This document shows, one piece after another, positions 9,438-18,313 of a stretch of 62,323 bases of DNA. The translations under genes were made by a program, and so were the position numbers. Position 1 is the stretch's first letter. Every line of letters begins with the position of its first letter. The stretch comes from a virus (taxonomy: Duplodnaviria > Caudoviricetes). The stretch lies in the IMG/VR virus record IMGVR_UViG_3300032174_000007, positions 1 through 62,323 of that record. One strand, written 5' to 3'. The notes below the pieces were generated by a model that worked only from the letters and a program-made list of their open reading frames with translations, was not told the origin of the DNA and did not search any database.

Positions 9438-10124
9438 TCAGACCGTCTGCGGCCCGACCGAAGCCTGTGTGTTCGGCATCGGCGGCTTGACTTGGTTGCG
9501 CCGCTGCGCCTGCGCGGCACGGATCGGGTTCTGCGGCTGATGCAGTGCGGCACTGGGCGGTGGCCCACCGGGCTGCATCATGGTATTGCCGGAGGATGCA
9601 AACGGCATGACCGGAGCCGGCGCCCCACCAGGGCGGAAGGCAGCACCGGGTTTGCCGCTCACAACCCCGCCATTGCGGCGTTTCTCGGCCAACGTCGCGG
9701 CAAGTTGCATGACATGCGCCCACCACACATCGTGGGGAAATTCCGGATCCCCCTCGCGCGGGCGCAGCGTGTAGGCAGCCTCCGTGATGTGCTCCTGCGT
9801 CACGCCCTTGGTATTGACCGGGAGCGAGGCAAGCCAACGCTGATAGTTCTCGCCGGCGGCGCGGTTGAGCGGCATCCAGGCGTGGCTCGGTGCCCGCTCG
9901 CAGGTGAAGTGCTCGCCCGGCTCGATCCTGGTCGGACCGGTCTGGCCGGTCTCGGCCGAGGTCATCACCAGAAAGCAGGGAGATATAGCCTCATAGGTCG
10001 GGGCGGCGACTTTCTGCCCGTCGTCGGCGATGTAGAATTCCGGCAGGTTGCTGCCGTCGAAGTCGAATTGATCCATGGGATTTGTGTCCTTGAAGGAGAA
10101 AAGCGGAGGCTGGTTTTCTTGCAC
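9438..10124 (-). CDS. Hypothetical head-region protein
   Basis: 228-aa ORF with phage-like codon use. Confidence 0.65.
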   Translation of the reverse strand: MQENQPPLFSFKDTNPMDQFDFDGSNLPEFYIADDGQKVAAPTYEAISPCFLVMTSAETGQTGPTRIEPGEHFTCERAPSHAWMPLNRAAGENYQRWLASLPVNTKGVTQEHITEAAYTLRPREGDPEFPHDVWWAHVMQLAATLAEKRRNGGVVSGKPGAAFRPGGAPAPVMPFASSGNTMMQPGGPPPSAALHQPQNPIRAAQAQRRNQVKPPMPNTQASVGPQTV

Positions 10125-10193
10125 GGTACCAGCCCAAACCGCAAGGCAACCTCGCTATCGGAATTCGGGCTCCGAGGCGAGGCCTGCAAGTCC

Positions 10194-10751
10194 TTAAGAT
10201 GCAACCTTGTAGTTGCTGCTCAACTGCAGCAACGTCGTCTGTGCGTCATCATCGCCCAAGGTCACGTCCGAGCTGATGGTCCCCGTCGTCGCATTCGATC
10301 CGCCGACCGCATAGTTCAGATCGATGAACCGCGGCAACGCCTGGCCGGTCTTGCGCATCGGCCAGTCAAAGGACGCGATGCGGGTGTTGGCGGTCAGGAG
10401 CGCCAACGCGATCGTGTCGGTCTCAATGTAGATCGCAAACGTCAGGTCCGAGCGGTTGCCCGACGCTTGGGCGGTCGCGTTGTTGGGCGCCCCGCGGAAC
10501 TGCACTTGCAGCGAGGTCAGCGTGGCAAAGACCGTGCCGACGTTCACCACCACGCGCGGCGTGCCGGGACCCTTGCCGAGCCCCAAGTCCTCGCCGAAGT
10601 AGGTGGCATTGCCCCAGATGTCGTTTGGCGATTTGGTGAAGGTCGTGGTGTCCAATTCGCCGGTCAACTGGTCGTACATGTTGGTGGAAGCCGCCGAAGC
10701 CGTGATGGCCTGGGCGTTACTGAATTGCAGCTGTTGATCGAGCATGCCCAT
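10194..10751 (-). CDS. Capsid cement/decoration protein (Bbp16-like)
   Basis: MLDQQLQFSNAQAITASAASTN..DLG..PRFIDLNY..G pattern; directly after capsid gene. Confidence 0.75.
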   Translation of the reverse strand: MGMLDQQLQFSNAQAITASAASTNMYDQLTGELDTTTFTKSPNDIWGNATYFGEDLGLGKGPGTPRVVVNVGTVFATLTSLQVQFRGAPNNATAQASGNRSDLTFAIYIETDTIALALLTANTRIASFDWPMRKTGQALPRFIDLNYAVGGSNATTGTISSDVTLGDDDAQTTLLQLSSNYKVAS

Positions 10752-10791
10752 GGGGCGCTCTCCTGTATTGGAAGTGAATGGGAAGGATGGA

Positions 10792-10825
10792 ACGAATCGG
10801 GAAATGTCGGGTGTTCCCGATTCGT
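10792..10825 (-). terminator. Hairpin after major capsid gene
   Basis: 12-bp stem ACGAATCGGGAA/TTCCCGATTCGT. Confidence 0.5.
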
Positions 10826-10833
10826 CTCTTGGA

Positions 10834-11868
10834 TCAGGTGATCGTGCTCTCGGTGTCGAGAATCTGATCGCTGACCTTGATCGCGATGTTGCGGAAGTTC
10901 ACGATCGGACGGCCGGCATAGTCCTCCGGGCGCAGGAGCACGTTCTTGTCGCGAATCGCCTGGATGTCCATGTATTCGCGCGAGGTGCGGTCGCACAGGA
11001 AGATGAGCCGCACCGGCGGCGCGATCCGGTCGGGTGCATCGGTCTTCGTGATGCCGGAGACCATCTGGCCCGCGGTCGGCAGGCGCACCACGGCCTTGCT
11101 CATGATGGCGAACAAGTCGGGCGGGGTCGAGCCCGCAAGCCCCGCGGTCGTCGTGTCGATGTTGGCCATGCGCACGATATAGCGCCAATCCTCGATCGCG
11201 ATGCCGCCGTTGCGCGAAAAATACGAGGTGTAGGCCTCGTAGCGCTGCGTGCCGTTGTTGGTGAACGCCGGCACGATGTCGCCTTTGTTCTCGAACGTGA
11301 GGCCGGCCTTGGTGCCTTTGGGATAGATCGAGTAGAACGTCTGATCCCCCATGCCCAAGAGCCAGATCGAGGTGTTGGAATTGCCGGTACCCCCGCAGTT
11401 GAACACATTGACGCCGTTCTGCGCGCCCGAGATCGCCGAGAAGTAGGTGGCGATGCCGGAGAACTGCGTGGGCGTGGTCCAAGAGTTGCCGTAGATGTCG
11501 AAGCCTTCCCACTGCTGGCCCATGCCTTCCATGTGGGCCACGTCTTCCTTCTCGCGGTTGGCGTTGGTGTTGCCGCCCAAGTCCGCGAGTTTCTTGTCGA
11601 TCTGGGAGTAGGCGTCGAGCATCATCATGCCGAAGGTGAGCTGGGCGGCCGACGACTTGGTGTAGCCGACACCCTGGTTGAAGCGCCGCGCGGTGCCTTG
11701 CGGGAGCGCGGTGCGAACGGTGACGACATGGCCGGTAGTGAGGTTACCCTCGACCATCGGCATCGCCTCATCGAGCGAGAGGCATTGCGACAAGAGCTCC
11801 GCCATGTCGGCGATCTTGCCGGAAGGGTCCATGCGCCGACCGAGGTCGGCAAGCGTAAGAGAAGCCAT
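10834..11868 (-). CDS. Major capsid protein (BPP-1 Bbp17/epsilon15 gp7-like)
   Basis: LTLADLGRRMDP..EGNLTTGH..RTALP..DWRYIVRMANID..DQILDTE motifs. Confidence 0.92.
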   Translation of the reverse strand: MASLTLADLGRRMDPSGKIADMAELLSQCLSLDEAMPMVEGNLTTGHVVTVRTALPQGTARRFNQGVGYTKSSAAQLTFGMMMLDAYSQIDKKLADLGGNTNANREKEDVAHMEGMGQQWEGFDIYGNSWTTPTQFSGIATYFSAISGAQNGVNVFNCGGTGNSNTSIWLLGMGDQTFYSIYPKGTKAGLTFENKGDIVPAFTNNGTQRYEAYTSYFSRNGGIAIEDWRYIVRMANIDTTTAGLAGSTPPDLFAIMSKAVVRLPTAGQMVSGITKTDAPDRIAPPVRLIFLCDRTSREYMDIQAIRDKNVLLRPEDYAGRPIVNFRNIAIKVSDQILDTESTIT

Positions 11869-11875
11869 GATGAAA

Positions 11876-12892
11876 TTATCCTTGTGGCAGGTTCACGCCG
11901 TCGATGGCGGAGTACCAGCCACGATTGCCGGCCTCCTTGCCTTTGGGCGGAACGATGGGGTTGGGTGGAACGGGCTCGGGTTCGCGGAACCGCTCGTAAA
12001 GATTATGTAGGGCGCGGATCAGAAGCGGATGGCTGGATACTCCGGCGTTGTCGAGAATCGCCATCAGTCCATCCTGTTGCTGCTTGTCCAAGCCCAACAT
12101 ACTCTCGTAGGCGTATTTCGCGTTGCCGAGCGTGGTGTCGATCCTGTTGCCGCCGAGTTGCGGATCAGCCTTGAGATCGTTGATCCATCCCTCTTTCATG
12201 CGGTTCCAGACATCGACCTGATGCCTAACAACTTCACGTCCGATGCGCTGGACCTCCGTGTGGTAGAAATCGACGAGGCTTTGCCTCAAGGATTCCACCT
12301 GGCCGTGCTCGGCCTTGGCCGTGGTCTCGAAGGCGCCAAGCAAAGTATCGAAGTCCTTGAGCTTGACATCGTCGAGCTTGAAGCCGTCGGGAAGTTTCAG
12401 CGCGGTGTAGACGGGCGTAGCCGGGGGCTTTTCAGCCAGGGCGTCCTTTGCCGCAGCGTCGGGTGCCTTGGGTTCCCCATCCTTGCCGGCTTCGGGCTTT
12501 GTGGGCTCGGGCGGTTTGGCGGGTTCCTTCGGCCCCTCGGGGGGCGGCGTTCCATCGGCTGGCTTTGCAGCCGAAGCTTGATCCGCAGCCCCCGGGCTCT
12601 TCGAGCCGGGGGTGGCGGTCGCGTCAGGAGGTGCGGCCCCATTAGGCTTGGCACCATCCGGCTTCGCGTTATCGCGCTTGCCTGCATCCGCGCCAGCGAG
12701 AAGGGATGGCGCGGGAGATTCAATCTTGGCCGGAACCGCCGGCTCGGCAGCACCGGGATGAGGGGTGGCGCCTGCGGTCGGGGCTGAGTCGCCCGCAGGC
12801 GCAGCAGCCGCCGCGCTCGCCGGGGGGCTTGCAACGGCTGCATTGGGAGTCGGGGGAGCGGCCGGTGCCGCTACAACTGGCTCGGTTGCCAT
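11876..12892 (-). CDS. Capsid scaffolding protein
   Basis: Pro/Ala-rich N-terminus, LKLPDGFKLD, G..SHP.LIR; immediately upstream of capsid gene. Confidence 0.8.
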   Translation of the reverse strand: MATEPVVAAPAAPPTPNAAVASPPASAAAAAPAGDSAPTAGATPHPGAAEPAVPAKIESPAPSLLAGADAGKRDNAKPDGAKPNGAAPPDATATPGSKSPGAADQASAAKPADGTPPPEGPKEPAKPPEPTKPEAGKDGEPKAPDAAAKDALAEKPPATPVYTALKLPDGFKLDDVKLKDFDTLLGAFETTAKAEHGQVESLRQSLVDFYHTEVQRIGREVVRHQVDVWNRMKEGWINDLKADPQLGGNRIDTTLGNAKYAYESMLGLDKQQQDGLMAILDNAGVSSHPLLIRALHNLYERFREPEPVPPNPIVPPKGKEAGNRGWYSAIDGVNLPQG

Positions 12893-12905
12893 GGGGATAG
12901 TCCTT

Positions 12906-13015
12906 TTTGGATCAAGGCTTGCGCGGAGTGTTTGTTTGCTCTGAGCGGTCAGGGATCGCTAGATACAAACCTGCGATCACCAGTCGGGCTTCCAGAGCGG
13001 TCATTGTCCCAAATC
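12906..13015 (-). mobile_element. Minimal (near-empty) L/R cassette
   Basis: L and R separated by ~20 nt; encodes MTALEARLVIAGLYLAIPDRSEQTNTPRKP. Confidence 0.85.
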
Positions 13016-13393
13016 ATCCTTCTTCTCGTTCTGCTTCAAAAGCCGCGAGTTGCGCAATTGTCGCTCGATGTCGGCTTCCTCCAGCATCTTCATGTAGAGC
13101 TCGGGGTGACGCCTCATCATACCGTCAATCAGCGCGCCGATGTTTCGCTCACCCAGATGCAGGTAGGTCCGATGCGTATCCGAGCGGCCCTGGTCGTCGG
13201 TTGCCACAAAAGTCTCGCCCATGTGGCAGGATTCGAAAACAAGGCGGTAAAGCAGATCCCGGCTATTGGGGTGGTTCATCCACACCCGCACGGTGTCGTC
13301 GTCCTGGCGCTCGCGGCGCGCCTTCTCCTTGGCGGCATTATCGACGGCGACGGGATCGGACGCGTCGTAGACGCCGAAGTCGTCAGGCATCAA
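13001..13393 (-). CDS. Bbp19-like protein
   Basis: RDLLYRLVFESCH..F..GERNIG..P.LY.KM motif; stop codon supplied by cassette L end. Confidence 0.7.
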   Translation of the reverse strand: MMPDDFGVYDASDPVAVDNAAKEKARRERQDDDTVRVWMNHPNSRDLLYRLVFESCHMGETFVATDDQGRSDTHRTYLHLGERNIGALIDGMMRRHPELYMKMLEEADIERQLRNSRLLKQNEKKDDLGQ

Positions 13394-13838
13394 TCACCTT
13401 CCTCACCGCCGGCAGGATATGCTCCGCCTGCTTCGCCATCTCGTACTCCGCCCATTTCACAAACCCCTTGATCATGTTCTTGTCGTTGCCAAATCCCGTG
13501 ACGTGCAGCCATTTCTTGAATCCCGGCATGGCCACCTCGCACACGTCCACCATCTGGGCGGTTAGTTTCAGGGTGAGGTCGAGATCGGCGCCAAAGTATT
13601 TCATCGCTGCCTGCGCGCCGCCGCGATCGGGGCCGAGGTCGAGCGCGTTGCGGAAGTGCCAGAGCGCGTGCGGGGCCTTGGCTGCCGCCTCCAGAAGACC
13701 AGCGCGATACTTGCGGTCCACCTCGATCGGAATGCCGCGCTGGCGGGTGGCCTTGTCGTAGAAATAGCCGAATGGCTCGCCGGGACCGGTGCGGTTGAGC
13801 ATCATCGGGACGGAACTGAAATGCGGGCGAACCATCAA
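13383..13838 (-). CDS. Hypothetical protein
   Basis: Coupled ORF in head operon. Confidence 0.6.
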   Translation of the reverse strand: MMVRPHFSSVPMMLNRTGPGEPFGYFYDKATRQRGIPIEVDRKYRAGLLEAAAKAPHALWHFRNALDLGPDRGGAQAAMKYFGADLDLTLKLTAQMVDVCEVAMPGFKKWLHVTGFGNDKNMIKGFVKWAEYEMAKQAEHILPAVRKVIDA

Positions 13839-14404
13839 TGCCTCACATACCCCGGTGGCAGAATCAGCGGCGATGCCGGCTTGGCATCATGGTCGTAGAG
13901 CCGCGCCCGGTATTCGCCCTTGCGCCGTTCCAGGTGCTGCGCCATCAGCGACCATCTGTAATCGCTACGGAAGCACGCCGCGAGTTGCCGCATGCCGCCG
14001 ATCGCCTGCTCGATGCCGCTGAGGAACCGATCGCGCGCTTTGCGCCACTGGTAGGGATCGCCGCGGACCTGCGCAGTCTGTTGTTGTTTCATAGTCAATT
14101 CGATACCGGCAAGACTACAGGCTGTCAGGCGCATGCGATCGAATATCTCGCCCGTGTCCCGCCAGGCCTTGCGATTCTTGATCGTGTGGCAGGAGAGGTG
14201 CATGCACGCCTCGGCGCACATCTTCAAGCCCTCGATCACCCGCTCGTACGACTCCCGCTCGATCATGGCGGTGCCGCGCGGATCGGGCAGCGGGTCGCCG
14301 TCCTTGCCGCGCTGGACGAGGTTGTTTGATGGATCGACCATGACGCCGTGGGTCGGGTCGAAGACCATCTTGGCGCGCGGGTCGGCGTTGGTGTCGTCGG
14401 TCAT
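13835..14404 (-). CDS. Hypothetical protein with internal repeat
   Basis: RBS GAGGA before ATG 14404. Confidence 0.65.
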   Translation of the reverse strand: MTDDTNADPRAKMVFDPTHGVMVDPSNNLVQRGKDGDPLPDPRGTAMIERESYERVIEGLKMCAEACMHLSCHTIKNRKAWRDTGEIFDRMRLTACSLAGIELTMKQQQTAQVRGDPYQWRKARDRFLSGIEQAIGGMRQLAACFRSDYRWSLMAQHLERRKGEYRARLYDHDAKPASPLILPPGYVRH

Positions 14405-14631
14405 CGGAAGTCCTCGACATCGCCGCCCAACGCGACACCACACCGGATCAAAGTATCGCCACAGCGCGACAGCACTCGCTTCCACCACGGAGTTCGCTTT
14501 CGTGGACCGTAGAGCGCAAGCAAATCTTCCATTGCGCGAATCTGATCAATCAAATCAGAATTCAGTTCGCGTTCGATCAATGGCCGCATACGATCGGCAT
14601 ATTCCGCGAGAGTAATCGGGTTTGCACTCAT
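14401..14631 (-). CDS. Small moron-like hypothetical protein
   Basis: Lower GC; ATGA overlaps at both ends. Confidence 0.55.
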   Translation of the reverse strand: MSANPITLAEYADRMRPLIERELNSDLIDQIRAMEDLLALYGPRKRTPWWKRVLSRCGDTLIRCGVALGGDVEDFR

Positions 14632-16457
14632 GCGCCCGCTCCCGCACCCTGCCCACCGGTCCCAAGCATCGCCTGCAGCGCGCTGATCCCACCGCCAGTA
14701 TCCGTCTGCGAGAGCGTCTGTGCAGCGGTTGCCACCGCCGGCGCCACATGGGTTGCCGCTTGCGCTGCCTTCTCCTGCTGCATCTGCTGATCGCGCGTCT
14801 GGCGGATGGCGTTCATCGTGTCCTGATCGTTCCAGTCGTCGGGCGGGAAGTCAAGCTTGTCGCCGTAGTCGCGGATCACCTTGTCCTTGTTGAAGTTGTC
14901 GAGCGTGCCCGGCATCGCCGCTTCCATGCGGCCGGCAAACGATAGCGTGCGCTCGATGCCCGCAGTGGCGGCAGCATTCTGAATCTGGGCAAGCTTGCTC
15001 ACAAACTTGATCTGGATCGGCACGTTGCGCAGCGAAGCCGGCTTGGGCGGCACGATCCCGCGCCGCGCCATGATGCTCACGATCCGATTGATGCCGTGGG
15101 CGTCCTCGCGCAGATTGCGCTCGATCACCGGCCCAAGCCGCAACAGCTTCTCGCCGCGGCGTTCGTTCAACTCCAACTCGTTCCTCGGCTGTACACCCTC
15201 CATGTCGGAGATGGCGAGGAACACATCATTGAAGAACCAGCGCTCGACCTTGTGCTCGATGTTCTCGATCACCTTCTCAAGCTCGGCCACCTGCGGATTG
15301 ACCGTGTAGGTTGGCCGCATCCCCGTGTCCTTGCCGAGGTTGGCGACGTAAGTCACGCGTCCAGGCAATATCGAGGACGGTTCATTCTTGAGCGTGGCAT
15401 CCGCCAGCATCGGCGGGCGCACCATCTTCTCGATCGCTTCGTTGAGCCTTCGCACCATGCGGTGCAGCTGCATGACATCGGGCAACGCATCCATCCCAGG
15501 CGAGCGGCCGTAAGGGTCGTTGCCGCGCGTGTTCCACAGCGGACACATGTAGGGCCGCTCATGGAAGCCGCGCACCGAGAGCGGCTGCGGGGTCGATTTC
15601 CCACGCAGCCAGTAATACTCACGATAGGCGTAGCCGCCGGGGACCACGCCGAGCGTTGGCTTCTGCCCATACATGCTCGCGGGATAGTTCGGCTCGATCG
15701 AATGCCCAACGATCGATTCGGTTTCGAGGTTGGCGCCTTTGGTGTTCCATAACTCGCCGACATCGGTGCCCTGCACGGCTTTGGGGCCGAAGCGCCCCAC
15801 GATCTGGCGCGTCGTCTGGGTGAACTCGCGGTTAAAGACGATGTTCTGCGAGCCGGCGCCGCGCCCGAGGTAATATTCGCCGGCGCATGGATTCTGGCAG
15901 TCGATGACGTAGCGCGAATCCTCGTAGATCAGCATCGGCCCGGTGCCGAAGGTCGCCTCGTCCTCGTACATCTGATGCTTGGAGTCGTAATAGTTCGAGC
16001 CGGCGAGCACGTCGTAGAACCGCTGCTCGAACTCGGCGAACCAGCGTTTGGCGGTGGTGTCGAGCTCGAAGCCCTGGATGCCGGGCTCGAACTTGACCCA
16101 CTTTTTTGTGGGCGAGGAGAGCCCATCCATCATGCCGGCGGCGCAGACGAGGATAGCCTGAGTCGGGGTCGAATCCACCACGTCCTGGTTGATCGGCAGC
16201 CCGCGCGTCATGTTGTTGGGCGTTATGAGCCAAAAATATCGTCGGGGAAGCATGTTGGCCGCGATCTCTCCCCAATGCATCCACCACGGCGTGCGCCAAT
16301 TGCGCAAGCCCAAGAGCACCTGCTCCAAGTAGGCACGCATGTCCTCCCAATCCTGGTTTGAGGTCCAGGTGCGGAATGGAATGGTGGCAGGCGTGCGCGC
16401 CAGGAGCGAGGCATCGGCGCGCTCGTAGAAAACGGAGGCTTGGTCGGTGGTGAGCAT
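14628..16457 (-). CDS. Portal (head-tail connector, Bbp21-like)
   Basis: AAGMMDGLSSP, FGTG, YGRSPGMDALPD, EKLLRLGPVIER motifs. Confidence 0.93.
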   Translation of the reverse strand: MLTTDQASVFYERADASLLARTPATIPFRTWTSNQDWEDMRAYLEQVLLGLRNWRTPWWMHWGEIAANMLPRRYFWLITPNNMTRGLPINQDVVDSTPTQAILVCAAGMMDGLSSPTKKWVKFEPGIQGFELDTTAKRWFAEFEQRFYDVLAGSNYYDSKHQMYEDEATFGTGPMLIYEDSRYVIDCQNPCAGEYYLGRGAGSQNIVFNREFTQTTRQIVGRFGPKAVQGTDVGELWNTKGANLETESIVGHSIEPNYPASMYGQKPTLGVVPGGYAYREYYWLRGKSTPQPLSVRGFHERPYMCPLWNTRGNDPYGRSPGMDALPDVMQLHRMVRRLNEAIEKMVRPPMLADATLKNEPSSILPGRVTYVANLGKDTGMRPTYTVNPQVAELEKVIENIEHKVERWFFNDVFLAISDMEGVQPRNELELNERRGEKLLRLGPVIERNLREDAHGINRIVSIMARRGIVPPKPASLRNVPIQIKFVSKLAQIQNAAATAGIERTLSFAGRMEAAMPGTLDNFNKDKVIRDYGDKLDFPPDDWNDQDTMNAIRQTRDQQMQQEKAAQAATHVAPAVATAAQTLSQTDTGGGISALQAMLGTGGQGAGAGA

Positions 16458-16524
16458 CAGAAGAACAGCACCAGATAGAATCCGAAGATGAAGCCCTGCA
16501 CGAACAGCCTTTGATTGCGCGCGC

Positions 16525-16758
16525 TCATCCGACCAAGCTCGCCTTGCTGGTCGTCGGCGGCACCAAATCGCCCCGCGGGCCGGTGCTGTCGGTCCCGCCC
16601 ATGCCGCCGCCCTTGGCGAGCGCCGCGGCCCGGGCCTGGTTGGCGCCCGCCTGCTGCACGCTCATATTGGCCATGGTGGGCGGGATCGCGGCCGGGGGCA
16701 CCGGCGGCGGAGGTGGCGGGGTCATCTGCTGACCGCCTATTCCGAAGATTCCTCCCAT
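16525..16758 (-). CDS. Small pre-portal virion protein
   Basis: Pro-rich, ends KASLVG, typical of the gene preceding the portal in this group. Confidence 0.7.
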   Translation of the reverse strand: MGGIFGIGGQQMTPPPPPPVPPAAIPPTMANMSVQQAGANQARAAALAKGGGMGGTDSTGPRGDLVPPTTSKASLVG

Positions 16759-16949
16759 CAGACAAACCTCACATGAATTGATCCATCTTCTTTCTCAATA
16801 GCGAATGCCGCCATATCGACGGCATCAAACAGCCGTGCCCGCCATAGGGCGCGCTCAGCATCAGTTAACCTGTCGGATTGGATAATCCGCGCCAGCGCTT
16901 CAATTGTAGCATCTGCAGCATCATGCAACGCGCAGCATCGGTAGCCCAT
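16758..16949 (-). CDS. Moron ORF starting inside 31-bp repeat copy
   Basis: ATG overlaps the repeat's TGA; 63 aa. Confidence 0.5.
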   Translation of the reverse strand: MGYRCCALHDAADATIEALARIIQSDRLTDAERALWRARLFDAVDMAAFAIEKEDGSIHVRFV

Positions 16950-17204
16950 CACTTGCTCCTGCATGGATCGTAATCGCCATTCCGAAGATACCGGCCATCA
17001 CACAGACGCCTTTCGTAAGCGCTGTAGAGCGGTCCAATCAAAGTCCTGCTCGAAGTCTCGCAAATACTCGTGCAGAGCGCGCAACTCGTCGTCTGATATT
17101 GCGCGATTGAATGACAGCAAGATTGCTTTGTCATTGTCAGCCATTCGGCTCACTCCTTGAACACGGATTTCATCCATCACTTGCTCCTGCATGGATCGTA
17201 ATCG
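16946..17204. repeat. Two identical 31-bp direct repeats (16946-16976, 17174-17204), with a degenerate third copy at the terminase 3' end (~17364-17394)
   Basis: CCATCACTTGCTCCTGCATGGATCGTAATCG twice; encodes DYDPCRSK* versus terminase EYDPCQTK*. Confidence 0.9.
16998..17177 (-). CDS. Moron ORF between the 31-bp repeats
   Basis: ATG overlaps the repeat's TGA; 59 aa. Confidence 0.55.
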   Translation of the reverse strand: MDEIRVQGVSRMADNDKAILLSFNRAISDDELRALHEYLRDFEQDFDWTALQRLRKASV

Positions 17205-17366
17205 AAGGTATGGCACAGTCCCGGTGTCTGATGCTTCACGTAGGCGTCCAGTTGCGCATTGCGCAGCGCCCATTCCGGATCGGGTTGGACATCGGCTTGC
17301 TTCGGTCCCGGGCGCGAGCCGTTGGCGATGCTCAACGGCGAAGAACGTAGCGAGATGGCAACGCCG

Positions 17367-18113
17367 TCACTTGGTCTGGCAGGGGTCATATTCAAACACA
17401 TGCCCTTGCGGCTTGGTGCCCATATTCCAGAGCGAAGCTGGCCGCACCGTCGCCCGCTCGATTCCAGAGACCACGAGGTAGCGCATGGCGTCCATCAGAT
17501 GGTCGTTCTTCTTGACGAGCTTGCCTTCCTCGTCGCGCTGGTAGAAGCGCAATTCCTCGCGCCATTTGGCGAGCGATTTGAAGGCGCGGAGACGGCCCGT
17601 CGAGAGTCGTACCCAGGTTTCCGTCAGCCCGTTCTCGACCCCGTTGTCGGCTGTGGTGAGGGTGTCAAGTCCGAGTTGAATATATGTCGCCAAGAGCTGC
17701 TCGCCGTCGCGCTGTCCTCGGCCGCGTGATGCTGGATCAATAACCCCCGGAATCCAAATTCCTCTTGCCCGGATGGCGGCGGCGTGAACTGGCGGTTCCG
17801 CGTGCATACGATAATGCTCATCGTAGAGGTACACAACATCGGTGTTCGGGTCCCTTGCTGCCCACAGTGCCGCGGTGACGTTCCAGCCCACATCAAGCGC
17901 ATAGCATTGCTCGAACCATTCCGGGATCGCGAATGGGTCGCAGAGGATATCGGATTCCGGCACCGGATAGATGGCGCCGGACCCGAGCTGCGGGATGCCG
18001 CGCGAGCGGGCGTCGAGCTGGTAGGGCGGGATGCCCTTGGCTTCCTCGCGCTTCTGCTCGTGGGAGAGATGGGGAACGTCGTCCCAGCCGGCGTTGGCGA
18101 CGAATTTGGACAT
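17367..18113 (-). CDS. Terminase large subunit, C-terminal nuclease part
   Basis: WDDVPHL..ARSRGIPQLGSGAIYP, ALDVGWN, NDHLMDAMRY; ATG 18113. Confidence 0.88.
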   Translation of the reverse strand: MSKFVANAGWDDVPHLSHEQKREEAKGIPPYQLDARSRGIPQLGSGAIYPVPESDILCDPFAIPEWFEQCYALDVGWNVTAALWAARDPNTDVVYLYDEHYRMHAEPPVHAAAIRARGIWIPGVIDPASRGRGQRDGEQLLATYIQLGLDTLTTADNGVENGLTETWVRLSTGRLRAFKSLAKWREELRFYQRDEEGKLVKKNDHLMDAMRYLVVSGIERATVRPASLWNMGTKPQGHVFEYDPCQTK

Positions 18114-18313
18114 CAGGCAGGTCGCCAAAATAGCGGCAGGAAGAATGGGCGATGCCAAGTTCCAGTCATCCGAGCTACTTCGCGATCACGCAGAGGCACA
18201 AACTGCCAGAATTCACCATCGATAAACCTGAATGTCTGCCCCCACGAGGTACGGCCAGACAAAGCATAGATTGGACTCCCGTCGCGCGGAGCGGTCTCAA
18301 ACGGCTCCATCAT
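18113..18313 (-). CDS. Small ORF inserted between terminase halves
   Basis: PFETAPRDG motif common in small phage proteins; coupled at both ends. Confidence 0.65.
   Translation of the reverse strand: MMEPFETAPRDGSPIYALSGRTSWGQTFRFIDGEFWQFVPLRDREVARMTGTWHRPFFLPLFWRPA

Noticed and set aside
8446-9837. 463-aa ORF as called in the track
   Set aside because: The upstream half overlaps another gene and a structured spacer; the real start is most likely ATG 9144.
7103-10836. TGATCCAA at the stops of the 7109 gene and the capsid gene as cassette R ends
   Set aside because: Only an 8-nt match with no upstream TGACCGCTC; could be chance or a target preference, which cannot be tested here.
9492-12174. 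Long plus-strand ORFs (449 and 476 aa; similar ones at 42967, 51843, 54495)
   Set aside because: Antisense shadows of high-GC structural genes with no recognisable motifs.
12898-13021. Possible TSD AAGGATGA/AAGGACTA around the minimal cassette
   Set aside because: Only 6/8 match and not reproduced at other copies.
18113-18313. Intron or intein in the terminase
   Set aside because: Only 200 nt, fully occupied by a coupled ORF, with stops present and no splicing motifs seen.
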